Counted from the first letter of the stretch, positions 24,301 to 39,300 are shown. The stretch: DNA of 64,000 nucleotides from Callorhinchus milii (GCF_018977255.1 NW_024704742.1:24926001-24990000); one strand, 5' to 3'. Notes: generated from the sequence alone by a model not told the origin. Numbers and translations: made by a program.

Positions 24301-27300
24301 TCAAAAAACCTCAAAGCACTTCACCGGATTCACTGTAAAGTGTAGCCAATCTGCGCACAGCAACGTCCCACGAACAGCCATTTAAGTTTGATCAGGCACT
24401 TTAAAATGATTTTTTTTCTCTGGAAAAATAGATGGTCTTTGACTATGTTAATTGTGTACATATACAGGGTCCCCATGAGGCTGTTATTTGGTTGGCGGTG
24501 CAGCATATGCAGAAGAAAGCCCTGGAGCTGTTCTCACGGGAAATAGCACCTGCTGGCACAGGAATGGGTAAGTGGATTAGACTTTTTTCGTGAAAAAAGC
24601 ATGACGATCCCTGTGTGTGATACATCCAGCTGATCAAAATCTTTTAATTTGGTCAGCTGGCTGTCTTACACACAGGGAACCCCATGAACCTGCTTAAAAG
24701 TCTGATCAAACTGAGACAGCCCTGATGTTGTGGTGGACAAAGCTGCATCTTACAGACCAGGAGCTCACAGTTTCAAATCCTGGTCCGTGCTTAGTTTGCT
24801 GTAATCTTGCCAAGGTTAAAGAGGGGAAAACCAGCCAGGGTCCCTACTCCTAGCCCCTCTTCAGCACTCTCTACTGTTCACCCTTGTGGCAGCTGGATGG
24901 GGAGAAGTCGAGCTTGGTTATGAGATCCTCTACAATAGAGTGTCCTGCTAAAACTCACTGCCGAGGCTTACATGTGAATGATGGTCACTGGAACAGGGGA
25001 ACCATTCACCAACAAAGGAAAATCAGTGAGGCAATTAAAAAAAATACACATAATTGAAGTTACTGACACCATCTCTATAGACTCCAGTTGTTTATGATCA
25101 GTTTCTGCATTTCATCACATCCAGGGGAAGGATTTACGATATAAATCAAAAAGAAGGAATGTTCTTTCTCTTCTATTCAAGATCCTGATCCACACCTTCA
25201 AAGCCCTCCGTGGCCTTACTCCCCCCTACCTCTATAACCTCCTAACCCTCTGCCAAACTGCCTGCTCGCCCCGCTCAGTGGGCTCCGGCCTGCTTCACGT
25301 CCCCCACCTCGCCTGCCCCACTATTGGTGGATGAGCCTTCAGCCACTCTATCCCACCCTCTGGAACTCCATCCAACAGTCCCTCCACCTCGCCCCCTCCT
25401 TTGCCTCCTTCAAGACCCTCCTCTTCGACCGTGCCTTGGATCACCCTCCTTCCCCCTGTCCTCCACTCTCCCCGATCCTGACACCCAGCTCGGGTCTAAA
25501 ACACTGATTGTCCAGTGCCTTGGGACGTCCTCCGATATGAAAGATGCTATACAAATGTTATTTGGTTCTTATTTCTGAATGGGTTTTGTCCTCACATTGC
25601 TCCGGTTACCTGTGTGTTACAAGGATTAGCTGAGCGCATCCTAGATGCGTAAATTAGCAGGAGAAGGCATTAACATAACATAACATGTAGGAGCATGAGT
25701 AGGCCATTCGGCCCTTCCAGCCTGCCCCACCATTCAATCATGGCTGATCTTCTATTCTAACTCCAGCTAATAACCTGACCCTGCCTTATCCCCATATCCC
25801 TTAATCCCTTTTTTAATAAGAAATCTATCTATCTCAGTCTTGAATATGTTCAAGGACTAAGCATCAACAGCCCTTTGGGGTAGTGAGTTCCATACATTCA
25901 CCACCCTTTGAGTGAAGAAGTTCTTCCTCAATTCAGTGCGAAAGGGCTGGCCTCTGATTTTAAGGTTGTGAGCCCTGGTTTTAGTTTCTCCAACCAGGGG
26001 AAACAATCTCCCACTATCTACTCTATCATGCCCTTTGATGATCTTATAGGTTTCTGTAAGATCCCCTCTAATTCTTCTATATTCTAGAGAATATAGGCCC
26101 AAATTGGTCAGCCTATCCTCGTAACTCAACCCCTTCATCCCTGGTACTAACCTAGTAAATCTACGCTGCACCCCCTCCAAGGCAAGTACATCCTTCCTTA
26201 AATAAGGAGACAAAACTGCACACAGTATTCCAGGTGTGGTCTCACCAGGGCCCTATACAGTTGCAGCAAGACTTCCCTACTCTTATACTCTAATCCTTTC
26301 ATAATGAATGCTAACATACCGTTAGCCTTCCTAATTGCTGCTGCACCTGTAGACTAACTTTCTGTGATTGGTGTACAAGGACACCCAAGTCCCTCTGGAC
26401 GCCAACACATTCAAATCTCTCCCCTTCTAAAAAATAACCCGCTCTACTGTTTTTGCTACCGAGGTGGATGACTTCACACTTCCCTACATTATACTTCATC
26501 TGCCACCTACCTGCGCAATCACCTAACCTATCTATGTCTCGCTGCATTTTTTAAATGTCATCCTCTGTGTTGACACTTCCTCCTAGTTTTGTGTCATCCA
26601 CGAATTTAGATATATTAACTTCGATGTCCGCATCTAGATCGTTGATGTAGATGGTAAATAGCTGAGACTCAAGGACTGATCCTTGTGGCTCTCCACTAGT
26701 CACATCCCGCCAATCTGAAAAGGACCCGTTTGTCCGTACTCTTTGTTTCCTACCCGTTAACCATTCCCCAATCCACGTTAATATGCTCCCTACAGTGATG
26801 CATGCATTCTACAGTGATGCTTGATCTTGGAAGGTATGTTACCTGCTCTCCTAAAACTCTTAATTAAATCAACACTTGCACTGCCTCACCTGCACTTTTC
26901 TTAGCTTCTTTCTGGTGGTAAAAATTCAGTGCCAGCCAGAAACCAAGCAGGCAAATTGATTACTTTCAAAATGAGAAAGGTGGCGCCTGATTCAGCTTTG
27001 CGCTTAATTTTGCCAACGCTTTTCTCTTTCTACTTAAGCTTGTTTTGTTCACATGCGAAAGGACTCCAAAGCGCGTGCTTTTTCACATGATCCAAAGTGT
27101 GTGCTGTGTCACCTGAGAACAGGATTGTGAGGATTTTATTTCAGAGAAAGCAAATGAGAATCACTGGAAAGTGGGTTACATTTTGTGCACTCATACAAGA
27201 GCATTCATCAGAATGATCTATAAGCTGTGTTGTACAGCTAGGCACAGGTCCAGAGCAGTTGCAATAAAGGGGCTAATTACTAGATGTTTATATAAAAGGA

Positions 27301-30300
27301 TAAAGGCACAATCCACTTATTGACACAGAGTTTGCAATGGAAATCTGTACAAGTCTTGTTTTCTTCACTAAATCCCTTGAATACAATATTTTCTGAGCTG
27401 CTTGTAGATCGGAAAATTGGAGCGGAAAATTGAGAACATCGAGTATTCTCATTGAGAACATTGAGTATTCTCAATATGTGTTTCATTGGAATAAACTATA
27501 AGTTTCAGAATTGTGTTTTTCATTTTTGAAACTTTACAAAGTAATAATCCTTGCAGTATATCGTCTTACCATGTCATCGAAACATCTCAAAGTGCTTCAC
27601 AGGATTTACTCTTAAGTGTAGTGCTTACTTGTTGGATTACACCAAATCCTGTATGTGAAAGAAGGGAACATGGATGGACCCCACAAGGAGACAAATGAAC
27701 TGATCCACGCCGCTCTGAAGTTAGGAATGCTTGGTCACAATGCAAATGCTATTGTTTATTGTAATATGACCAAAGCAAATTTACACCTATTGCAGTTCAT
27801 TCTCTTCTGTCGGAAAATTCACCTACTGCTGGGTGATCCAACTTTTTAGCTGCTGAGGAATGGATGCCCTATTTGAGAAACGTATGTAGGCGGCATAGGC
27901 AATATTTTTGTGCTTCCCATCCAGAAACATAACATAACAACCACATCTACGGGTTACGGAGGAAGTGGGCGGGACAGATGAAAGGGAGGGAGGGAGGAGG
28001 CTGAATGAAATCAGGCCGCCTGTTGAACCACCTTGACCTAGAGTTTTGAAAAGCCATTACCAAAGAGAAGGGCATTTCTTCCAGTTGGTCAGGACTCCAG
28101 GTAAATTGGTCATTCACCTTGTGGCTGTTTGTGGATCTTGATGCAAGTAAAATGGTTGCTGTGTTTGTCTAAAGAAAGTAGTCACTGCATGTGACAGTAA
28201 CGACACTCTAAAAATACAAATTATTTATTGATTTTTGGGTTTGGGGGATAAGAGCAGTGATTTATTTCTCTATGAATTCTTCCACCGTCTTCAAAGGCTG
28301 AACCTGGTAGGACCCTGATAAGTGGTGCTACTCCTTCCATGGCAATAACAAAAGTTGGCTTAATAGCAGTTTAAGTTGCTCAAAACACATCTATTTTTTG
28401 TCGAATCAGTGAAATTCTCCTGGATCGTAACTACACCTGACTGGGTATTGAACAGGGTATTTTGTGTTGCAAACTATTCATGACTTGAGCAACAGTTATT
28501 CAAAACTGTCAGGTGCTGTAAATTTTTCTTTGGATTATGAGCTGTAGATGATTGCATCAATCAAGCTTATTCATAAAGTTCAAGAGTTATTTTAGCTGTA
28601 TTAAAGAAGCAACTTCTAAAGAACTGTTTTCTCTACTATATTGGCATCTCACAATAAGAAAGCTACATTGGGGATGTATTCCTTCTAAAGGACATCCTGT
28701 AATTTTATTTTTGCTCTGTCTCGGGATGTGAGCGGTAGACAATTTGCCAGCTTTTATTGCCCGTCCTGGTTATTCTGAGAAGGTGATGGTGGGGTCTTCT
28801 TTAAAATGTTGCAGTTCTAGCACCAATGGTGCTTCTACTGTGATGTTGGGTAATAATAATAATAATAAACCTTGCATTTGATATAGCGCTTTTCACGTCG
28901 GGAGGATGTCCCAAAGCGCTTCACAAAACACACTGTAAAGTGAATTGACTGTATATTTGTGGGCAAACGCGGCAGCCAATTGCGCACAGCAATGTCCCAC
29001 AAACAGTCGTAGATTGAAAATGACCAACTTATTATTGTTTTTGGTTTTGGAGGGATTATTATTAGGCTCTGTGTGGAGTAAGGAAACTTGCCCAAGGTTT
29101 CCCCCTGCCTGGAATTGAACTCAGGTCTCTCGCTTGCAAAGCGAGTGCTAGACAGTTTCCAGGATTTTGACCCAGTGACATTGAAGAAGTGGCGATGGAT
29201 GTCCAGTCAGGATGGTGTGTGACTTAGAGAGAAACTTGGACTTGGTGTTGATCCCATGATGATACTCCTTTTGTTCAGGAGCTCTGAGATGTCCTCACAA
29301 TGTGAAAGGGGCTATATAAATGTGTTTGAATATTGTACAGTTCCCTCACCAGCAATGTTCCTCAATCACACAAAGAGACTGTATGGTTGACTGCAGTGAT
29401 AACATGACACGTAGGAGCAGGAGTAGGCCATTCGGCCCTTTGAGCCTGCCCCGCCATTCAATCATGGCTGATCTTCTAAGCTAACGTCAGCTAATAACAT
29501 AATACATCACAGATTTATTTCATTTGCTTACCTTTACCCCTTTCAGTGATAGGAATAATAAAGTATGCTTGCTATCTGTCAGCACTAATATAGTCCTCAA
29601 TTGGCCTCCTTCTTCCCTTATCAGAGATAGAAGGGCATAAGGGAGTTTTTTTTCCAATAATGAATTGTTGAATGAGCACTTTGTCTTTCCAATATTTTTC
29701 TCTGCATTTCCTGAAAGTGTTGACTTTTGCTGCATTCAGTTCCATGGGCTCAGGCTGCCGTTCAGCACTTTACCCAACTGTGGTTCTTCTTCATGGTGAG
29801 TCCAGTCAGGCAACATGTAAGCATAACATTCAGACCTTCATCATGTACCCACTCGGCATTCATCCACTTTCCAGTAGGGGTTACTGCACAGTGATTGAGA
29901 AGGAACCACTGCTGCTGTCCTACACTAAATTGCACCAAAGCCAATTATGTAGCAACTGAAATGAACTACTTCAGCAGGGACAGGAGATTGAACCTGTGGC
30001 TATTAAGGGACTTTATGTTATGAAATTGTCTATGTTTGGAAGCTGCATGAATTCTTCTGAGTACTTTTTAAATCCAAATTCTCCAGTTTCTATTTGAGAC
30101 TGAGAATCAAGTGTACACATGCGGTTCTGATTTATAGCATGAAAAATGCTTCATCTAATTTTAATTGAACTTTATCAGATATTGGCCCCCTTTTATAAAT
30201 AGCATGTGAGTTCGGGGCTGTAAATCCTTCCTCAGTAGTTATAGTTAATTAAGAATTAATGAATTGGAAGGTGTGCCAAAACTCAGCACACATGCTTGTC

Positions 30301-33300
30301 TATGACTTTATCATCCCATGGATCCTGGTTATATCGGAGTGAAAGTGAATATTTTTCCACTGGTATGAAAAGCTGTTTTGTTCCAAGTTACTTCATTCCT
30401 ACAAGACTCAGGAAATCTCTTCCAGAAATCTAATGTAGTCTAAGATAATAATAATCCTTGCATTTGATAGATATCACATAACTGGGAGTGTTGCATAATA
30501 AAAAAAAGTTTATTATAGAGCTAAATTCAAGCTGGCTTTTTTCCCCCTCTGAAGCTAATGTTTGGTTTTGCTATGCCAGCATAATTTATTCTGTTCATAG
30601 CTCCTTATACAGTGCACATGTGTTTTTCCAATCAATAAATGTATCCTTCACACTCAAAAGCTAAGAGAGATTGACAGAGCAGTTTAATGTGTGGTAATGA
30701 TGCATACTAATGTAAAACATTGCAGAAATACCCCTTGCACTCAGTAGTAATAGAATAACTGCTCATGAAGTACAGGAAATCGTAGAAATTCATGCCATAA
30801 AACTGCACCAGCAACAGTCTTATTCCTGCTTGTGTGAAATCATGTTCTCCCCAGCCCCCACCCTCCACCTAAAACATCAATAAAAAAAAATGTTTTGCCC
30901 AAGATACTTGATCAGACAGAAAATGCTTAAAGCTTTCTTCTCTCCTGGCCTTTACAGAACTGGTAATGGACACTGGTAAATGTGTAATACAATTTGTCTG
31001 TGCGGTGGACATTCCTTATCTTTGGAGGGAGTTACACACAATGCAGTCAGATTGGCTACTGCGATTTTTGTTGCCTGTTGCTATTGAGCAATTGCACTAC
31101 ATCCCATCAGCAGTTTGGAGTAAACATAATAAACCCATGCATTTGGTGCATGGTCTTAACACATCGTTCAGATGTCTCAATGCGCTACACAAGATTTTAC
31201 TATGAAATGTAGTAACTGCATTTGTAGGGGAACACGCCAGCCAGTTTTTGAACAGCAATGTTACACCGTGAAGTGAATAATCAAAGCTGTAGTTACATAA
31301 CGGCTGTTTTCCTACAAAAAAGATTAATATTCTGTACATGGATTTAAAATATGCAGACATTGATTGTTAAGCATCAATAGTATAACTTGCTAGTGCATAT
31401 TCTGTGCAGTACAAGTAGAACACACAGTTTTAATCCTATGAAAGGGTCCAACATATACTGATCACTAGAGGTAGCCATATTTTCATATATGCCTTTCTTG
31501 GAAGGATTTAGTAGAAACAATTATTTTTAGAGATACCACATGTTTGACATACATCTAAAGCAGTGATGTGTGAATTTATGGTTGTCACAGGATTATAGTA
31601 TGGGCATTTAGTTTTTAAATAGCTTTCATTCTCACGAAAAGAGAAACTCTTAAGATGTCACCATTTATGCTTTAATCAAAACGAAACGGGTTAGTTTAGC
31701 ACAGGGTTCAGGCTGAGAAAATAGCCCAATGTTACCACGGTGTTATTTACAATTATTCTTTGCATGTCAGGCAAATAGCTAACAAATGGTTCTGTTGACC
31801 TGGGGCACGGGTTGACAGTGCTAGTGGTGTCTGGCAGGAAAATGTGAGTTTGGCTAATTATTTTCTTTCTTAACAAAACCGCTAAAACTGTTTGTGATAA
31901 AGTTCAGGTCAGTCAAGAGTTGAATCCAAGTGCGCAGCAAGAATACTAGACTCTTATTTTATTAAAACAAACAGATCAAAACCAAGAGACCTTCTGTGTG
32001 CAGTTCAAGAGTCCAAAAGCTGTTTCCTATATTTCTGTTTACAAACATCAAAATCTTGAACTTGTCTTAGATGAGTTAACAGTTTCCTTCCTCCAGTTTT
32101 TCTCTCTTACTCAAAATAATTGTGGATCAGTGACCTAAAATTACACCTTATCTGAGCCTGTAAGACTATGGTTAAAAATGTAAGAAAAATTTTATTAAAG
32201 AGATGATCGGGCAACTGGTTCGTTAATGGCATTAAGAACACTAATACCCAAAACAGTTGTGTGTGTTTTTACAGCTCCACTGAGAAGGAAATGTATGTCA
32301 GGCTTCTCATTCCCTATCAATGTGATGGTGAGAGCAAAGAAATAGATACTTTTTATTTTCTCTTTACTTCTACTTTTATTATCTCGAGTTTAGGAATTGT
32401 GTGATTTGCAAAGATCCCTCTTGAAAAAGAAGTGCTAAATTGTTTGCATCTCAACATCTGTAGTTTATTTATAGGGCAGGAAGACATTTAAAAAAAATCC
32501 CCCCCCCTCCTGCAGAGCTCTCTCTCATTAGTACATTTCTTTATCCAAAGCAGGTAGCAATTAGAGGCAATTATTAGAAGGAGAGGGCAATAGGTTAATT
32601 ATTCCTCCTGCAGTTTCTCAGCATCCCAGTATGGCAGGAGGAATTCATTGCAGAGAGCCACAATAAAGTGTAATTTTTTTTCAACAAAATATCTTTACAC
32701 TACTACTTGTGCCTCTTGTGTAGCCTGTTCTGGAACCCACACGTTCCACAGGACCCGTAGAGTCCTGTAGCTCAGTGGTTAGAGCACACGCCTCGCAAGC
32801 GAGAGGACCCGGGTTCGATTCCGGGCAGAGTGAAATGTTGGGCAAGTTTCCTTACTCCACACGCCTCTATATACCAGCAGTAAGTCGGAAACCAATTGTT
32901 AGTTGATTGGCGGATCGCCTTTCTGGGGGTAATAATTCCTTCAAAAAAAAAAAAAAATTGTTCACTCAATCCACAACTGTTTGTGGTACACTGCTTTGCA
33001 TAATTGTTTGCCGTGTTTCGCCCACAAAATATACAGTCAATTCACTTTACAGTATATTCTGTGAAGTGCCTTGAGACATCTCACAGACATGATAAGGCGC
33101 TATATCAAATGCAAGGATTATTAATATTATCACACACACATATTCCAGCAGCAAACTTGGCACACAATTGCAAAATAAGCATGATGGCAGCAGGAAGTCT
33201 AGAAGAGTCTGTGGCCTTAAGTGGACCCCTCTGATCTTGTGCCAAAATAGAAGCCACTCTTGTTCTGCTTCACCCACTGAAGATCAAAGAAATTCTGAGG

Positions 33301-36300
33301 TTTTAGGAAATAAAGTATTAGTGAGAGTCGGAAGACAGAGAAAAGAGATTTCATTTCAGCATGGTGAGGGAACAGCCTAAACTCCAATGGAGCTATTCAG
33401 TTTAACCCTAATTCCCTCCTCCTTTCCCATACCCCTTTTTTAGATACTTAACCAATTTCTTTTATATGTTGTTGTTCTCTCAGCCTCAGTAGCTACTTGT
33501 AGCAAACCATTCTGTGTTATAAACACCCTCTGTGTGGTATGTACAATAGGAGAGCTACTTATGATAGTCCTTAGCGCTCAGTAATTTTGCTAAAACTGTT
33601 GACAAAACTTCCTCCATACTAAGCAACTCATTGGATTTGTATTCCACAAGGCAGCATACAGTTTAATTCAAGTATTTTAATTGGCAGTTTAGATTTCTTT
33701 TTGAAATCATGTCTTTTTCCTTTGGCAGATTTCAGCATCTCATAATTTCCCATGTGTCCAGCTTTAGTTTTCCCTTTATCTTCTAAATAGAAATTGACCA
33801 GTCAAAATATTAGCCAATAAACCTCTTTGCTTGAATTTGAGTCAATAGAAACATTTATTTGCTCAGGTCTAAATGTTTGAAAAATGTCTTTGAGTTGAGG
33901 AGGATAAATTCTGCTCATTTTACAATGGTCTGCAGTTGAGGTTTGGAGAATTAGACAGAATTGGGGTTAAGCAAAAGGAGAGCGTATATGCCACAGTAAG
34001 CGCTGCTTACATTGAATTCATTGGCCTCCCGTAGAGCAATTTGAATCCAGCAGACCCCAGTTATATTACCAGTCTGTTTGCCTGAGGCTGAATCCAAGAA
34101 GGACATCACATGTGCAGAGCTAGATATTTAAAAAAGGAGTAAATTACAGTAATATGGGGGAAAGGCAGGTAAATGGGATTGAAAGGATTGCTCTTCCAAA
34201 GAGCCATCATAGATACAATGGGCCTTTTCTCGTGTTAAATAAACTACTGAGAATGTAATTCTCCTTACGCAACTTAAGACCCAGGACTTTGCACCTGAAG
34301 GGGTATTTTAAGGCATTGTTATTTTTAAGGTGTCCTTTGTGAACTGGAAGTAGCTAGCCTGCTATAATTGTAACATCGCTTGGTGTCAAGCTTGTTCTCT
34401 CTGCTTCACCCTCAGTGACAATGCTTTCAGTCACTATGCCTCAATCCCTCTGCCTTGCCCCCTTTTTGTCTGCCTTCAGGTCACGTCTGGGGACCTTCCT
34501 CTTCGACCGTACCTATGGTCACCACTTCTTTCTTCCTGGCTCAACATCAAGCTCCACCATTAGAAAATGCTCCAAGATGCTAGCCCTCATGAAGGGAGAT
34601 ATAAATGCAAGTTGTTGTTAGCGATTTTGCATTGCATTTGTATTCAGAACAATTATCCCTGTCTAGATTGGTGACACTTTATATTCACTATACTGGATGT
34701 TTGTTTTACATCACTGTGAAGGAGTATTAATGGAGACCTTTAACCCGGGGCTGATTAACTCCCTTGTTAAAAAAACAAATAAGGGAATGTGTTAGAATAT
34801 TGATTGGCGATTACAGGAGTGAATATGAATGGATACTATTAAATGTTCCATGGATCAACAATACTTTCCATGACTAAGCAGATGTTGTTTGCAGAAAGCA
34901 GACAGTTAATAATAATAATAATCCTTGCATTTGATATAGCACTTTTCACGTCGGGAGGACGTCCCAAAGCGCTTCACAGAACACACTGTAAAGTGAATTG
35001 ACTGTATATTTGTGGGCGAACGCGGCAGCCAATTGCGCACAGCAATGTCCCACAAACAGTTGTAGATTTGAAAATGACCAATTTTATTATCGTTTTTGGT
35101 TTTGGAGGGATTATTATTAGGCTCTGTGTGGAGTAAGGAAACTTGCCCAAGGTTTCGCCCTCTGCCTGGAATTGAACTCAGGTCTCTCGCTTGCAAAGCG
35201 GGTGCTCTAACCACTGAGCTACAGGACTCCATAGTTAGTGTTGAACAGTGGAGATAGATAGACATTCTGTACTTTGTCTTGGTTATCTTTGGATCACAGT
35301 GAAAGGATAGGGAACTTTTCCTGCCGAGATTAAATACTCGGGTAGAATCCATTATTATAGACTTGTGTCTGTGGTCTGGGGAGGAAGTGAATCTGATTGT
35401 ACGATGGCTTTCCATGATTTCTTGTGTTCCTAAGGTCATCAAGTGCTTCATTGGGCCCCACCTAGGGTGGTTGTCAGACCGTATAATGAGAAATATGGAA
35501 TGAGTAATACAGTAGTTATTTGTCCCTGAAGGGGAATCTGTCTGCTCAAGTCTAAAATATGGCGCTGACACCTTGCACCATCCAATGTGCATCATAGCCA
35601 GTTGTTTTTAAATTGAGATTTGTTCTTGCCTACCACTGCAAGCTGATTTCTTGAGTGGGTGGGCTAGCGGATTGGAAGGCAGGGATGATGTATGGAGCCA
35701 GATCACCTTCCCTTCTATAATCTAGGACACTCTCATGACTGGCTCAATCAATCCATTCTTGAACAGATGTGATTTTTATTTCTGAGTCATTGGAGGACAC
35801 TGGAACAGCCAAACGCATGTGACCGTTCCACCCCAGCCAACAGCACTCAGACAGTATTACGCAGTCTGCTTCTCTGGCACCAAAAATTGGCATAGTGAGG
35901 GCATCAGATAATCCTGTCAGAATTGGGAAGCAACTAATCCTGCTCGGGTTATTTGGACCAGTACCTTCTAGGACCCTTTTATGTGACTTTCTTTCAGACT
36001 CCTCTGAACGTTTCAATGATGACCTAATTCTGAGACTGACGGAACAGCTCCCCAGAAGCGTACCTCCGAATCGTCAAGAATAATCTTGTTTAAATACTTT
36101 AAGGAACCAAATCAACCTGAAAATGCAGATCTTGGGTTGCCAGGAGGCTTTTTTCCTCCCTCCCCTCCAAGTGAAAAACAGCAGAATAAAAGGCATTTGT
36201 TCTCAACTCAGCCTCTCTGAATTTAAATCAATCTTCTCAAAGCCACGCTCTCATTTTAATGACTGCAGACATTTATGAAAGGATTTAGGCTTCAGCTTGA

Positions 36301-39300
36301 AGCATTTTTGTTTTCGCTTTTCTGTGTAATTGATAGCTTTGTTGGAGTGAAAATCTACCCTCGCCACTTAGAAATGCATTTGGGGTACTGACGCTGAAAA
36401 GTTGCACCTTTGTGGGAATTGTAAACTAAAAACATTAGAAAGAGCTTGCATTTTAACATGTCGAAACTTTCGAAAATGCTTCCCAGTAATTACTATTGAG
36501 TGCAATGACCTTTTTCATAGGCCAACATGGCAACCGATTTGCACCAGCAAGTTCTACAAATAGCTATGAGGTGAATGTCACTTTTGGCCAGGACATCGGG
36601 AGAAACTCCCTTCCCTTTTCAAATCGTGATCTTTAACATCTACCTGAACAGACAGATAAGACCTTGGATCAGTGTCTTATCTGAAACATAATGGCTCTGA
36701 GAGTGCCACACTCCCCCCAATATTGCACTAGAGTGTCAGTCTGGATGGTGAGATCAGATCCTAATGCAGAACTGAAATCCAAAACTTTTGTACCCAGGAA
36801 GATCACAATCTCTTGTATACTCTCAGTCATTCCCTATGACAGATCCATTTGTTGTGAAGGAATGTGACAGCATCCAATACCTTGAAAAGGTTCATTGGAA
36901 CACCTTCTTGCTAGGTGGTGTTGTATTCATTAATAAGGGTCACAGACAGTTGTCTGCGGTCTGTATTTCCAAGTGACTATTGACCAGTCACTGAAAGTGA
37001 ATGTGAAGTTACTCTTAGTGACAATAATCAAGTACTAGATTATATTTAAGGGCATTTCACTTCAAGTTGAGACATTTTATTCCAATCTTGTGTAAATAAC
37101 CGTTGAGGCCACATGTGGAATATTAGGTGCAGTTTTGGGCACTCCACTTTCAAAAGGGCATTGAATTAGTTCAGAGAAAAGATGATTCAAGCTCTGAAGT
37201 TTCCAGGAAAAAATTGCAGAGTTGAACTTGTTCTCATTGGAAATCAGTCACATCTTCAAAATGACAAGAGGTGGGTCATTTGGCTTAATAATGAGAACAG
37301 AACTAGTAGATATGATTTTAAATGTAAACTATGAATTGAAGCGAGATATGTATGTAGAGTATGTGGGTAAGGACCAGCATGGGCTCAGCTGTGAACTACC
37401 TTCTGGGCTCACTAACTCCTCTGGCCCTGATTAAATAGCCTGTTGATATTCACTGTCTAGACTTGTGTAGTGGATCTCATTGTGAGCCATAGTCATAGAT
37501 GTCAGCCTGGCTCAGTTGGTAGCATTAAGCCTCTGTGTCAGAAGGTTGTGGGTTCAAACCCCACATGGGGACTTGAACCTCATAGTCTAGTCTAGACTCC
37601 ATTGCATGCAAAGAGGCACACTGTACTGTTTGAGGTGTCGTCATGTGGATGAACAGTAGTAGCACGGTCCTGTCTACCTGTTCAACTAGGCGTTGAACAT
37701 CTCATGACACTACTCAAGAAAGAAGGAAATTTCTTCCAGTGACCTGGCCAATAGTCCCCAGAAAGAAAAAAAATTATTCACTTTTTGACTGTTTCTGAGA
37801 CATTTTATGTATAAATTTACTGCAGTCAACTACAAATAGTGGTTCACCAAAAAGTTCACAAGTGAACCAACTACAAATAATGGTTCACCTATTACCTAAA
37901 AATAAATATATAATTTCTTTAAAACTTATTAGACATTGTAATGGTATCGTGACTCTTTGGTCACCCTGTATAAGTCAATACAATCGATAGAAAACTCTGA
38001 AATGATTCTGAGCTGTTTTGATGTAATAGGAGCTATATCAAATGCATGGAATATTATTACTATTATAACCTTGTGACATTGGGGGTGGGAAGAGAGCTAA
38101 AATTTCTGATTGCAATAGTTGGCTAAATTTATATCTTCTTGAACTTTGCTTGAAAGACCTTCACAAAAGTCTGAGAATATTTAAAAATACGTGGGAGCCT
38201 GGGTCCACTCAAGATATCTTTAAAGAAAATAATTGCTGACCCTTAAGTGACTCCCAAGTGTCCGCTGGGTGATACTGCAGAGGCTGTTGGTTGACACTGT
38301 ACACGACTATTTATCCTCTTAACTACGAAACTGTCTAAATATTGAAACAAGGCTACCAGCAGTTACTGTAGAACACACACTGAGTATTTCCCTAATTATT
38401 GTATGGCTGTCACTTTTTCGCTGCTGGAAATACATTGCTATCTGTGGGCTTTTTTTTTAGCTCTTTTTGAAAATTGATGAAATTTTAAAAAATCCTTTGC
38501 TATAGTGCCTAATCATGTTGTCGAGATGCCCTGAGGCTTTTCATAAGGTTCTACTGTAAAGTGTAGTGACTGTATTTTGTAGGCGAAAAGGCAGCCAATT
38601 TGCGCACACCAGTGCCCACAAACAGCAATTAAGTGAATGATTAATTTTATCTGGGCAATTGTTGGCCAGGATCCCTTTCTAGAGACAGAAGGAAGCTTTG
38701 GCAGTATGTTTTAAACATGAGGTATTTTACTGTCTTGTGCTAATGGATAACAAACATGCAGGAAAACCTTCAACATAAAGTAATAATAATAATCCTTGCA
38801 TTTGATATAGCATTTTCACAGCTTCTAGACATCTCAAAGCGCTTCACAGAATATGCTGTAAAGTGAATTGATTGTATATTTGTGGGCGAAGGCGGCAGCC
38901 AATTGCGCACAGCAATGTCCCACAAACAGTCGTAGATTGAAAATGACCAATTTATTATTGTTTTTTTTTGGAGGGATTATTATTAGGCTCTGTGTGGAGT
39001 AAGGAAACTTGCCCAAGGTTTCACCCTCTGCCTGGAATTGAACTCAAGTCTCTCACTTGCAAAGCGAGCGCTCTAACCACTGAGCTACAGGACTTCTGTG
39101 TGCAGTGCAGTGTAATTTCAACGACAGAATTTAATTTTGCCATGACAATGTATTGTCATACTTTTTAAAAAAAAGTTTGTACTGATTGAACAAGAACACA
39201 ATCAACAACAACAACTACTTACATTTAATCGTGACTTCACATGGGATAACATCTTGGAGTGATGAATCAAGTGCAGAAGGTAATAAGCTCACATTCGTGT

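Noticed and set aside
27429..27475. 22-bp tandem duplication with hairpin potential (attgagaacatygagtattctc x2)
   Set aside because: Only two units with no spacers; an ordinary slippage duplication, not a CRISPR-like or functional array.
31889..32254. Possible solo LTR (also about 6700-7270)
   Set aside because: The composition is LTR-like but I could not find matching TG..CA ends with a target-site duplication.
34906..35595. 229-aa minus-strand ORF
   Set aside because: The C-terminal half is read-through of a SINE that happens to be stop-free in that frame; the same peptide recurs at 14859, 28835, 40886 and 46903. The N-terminal half has no recognisable motif.
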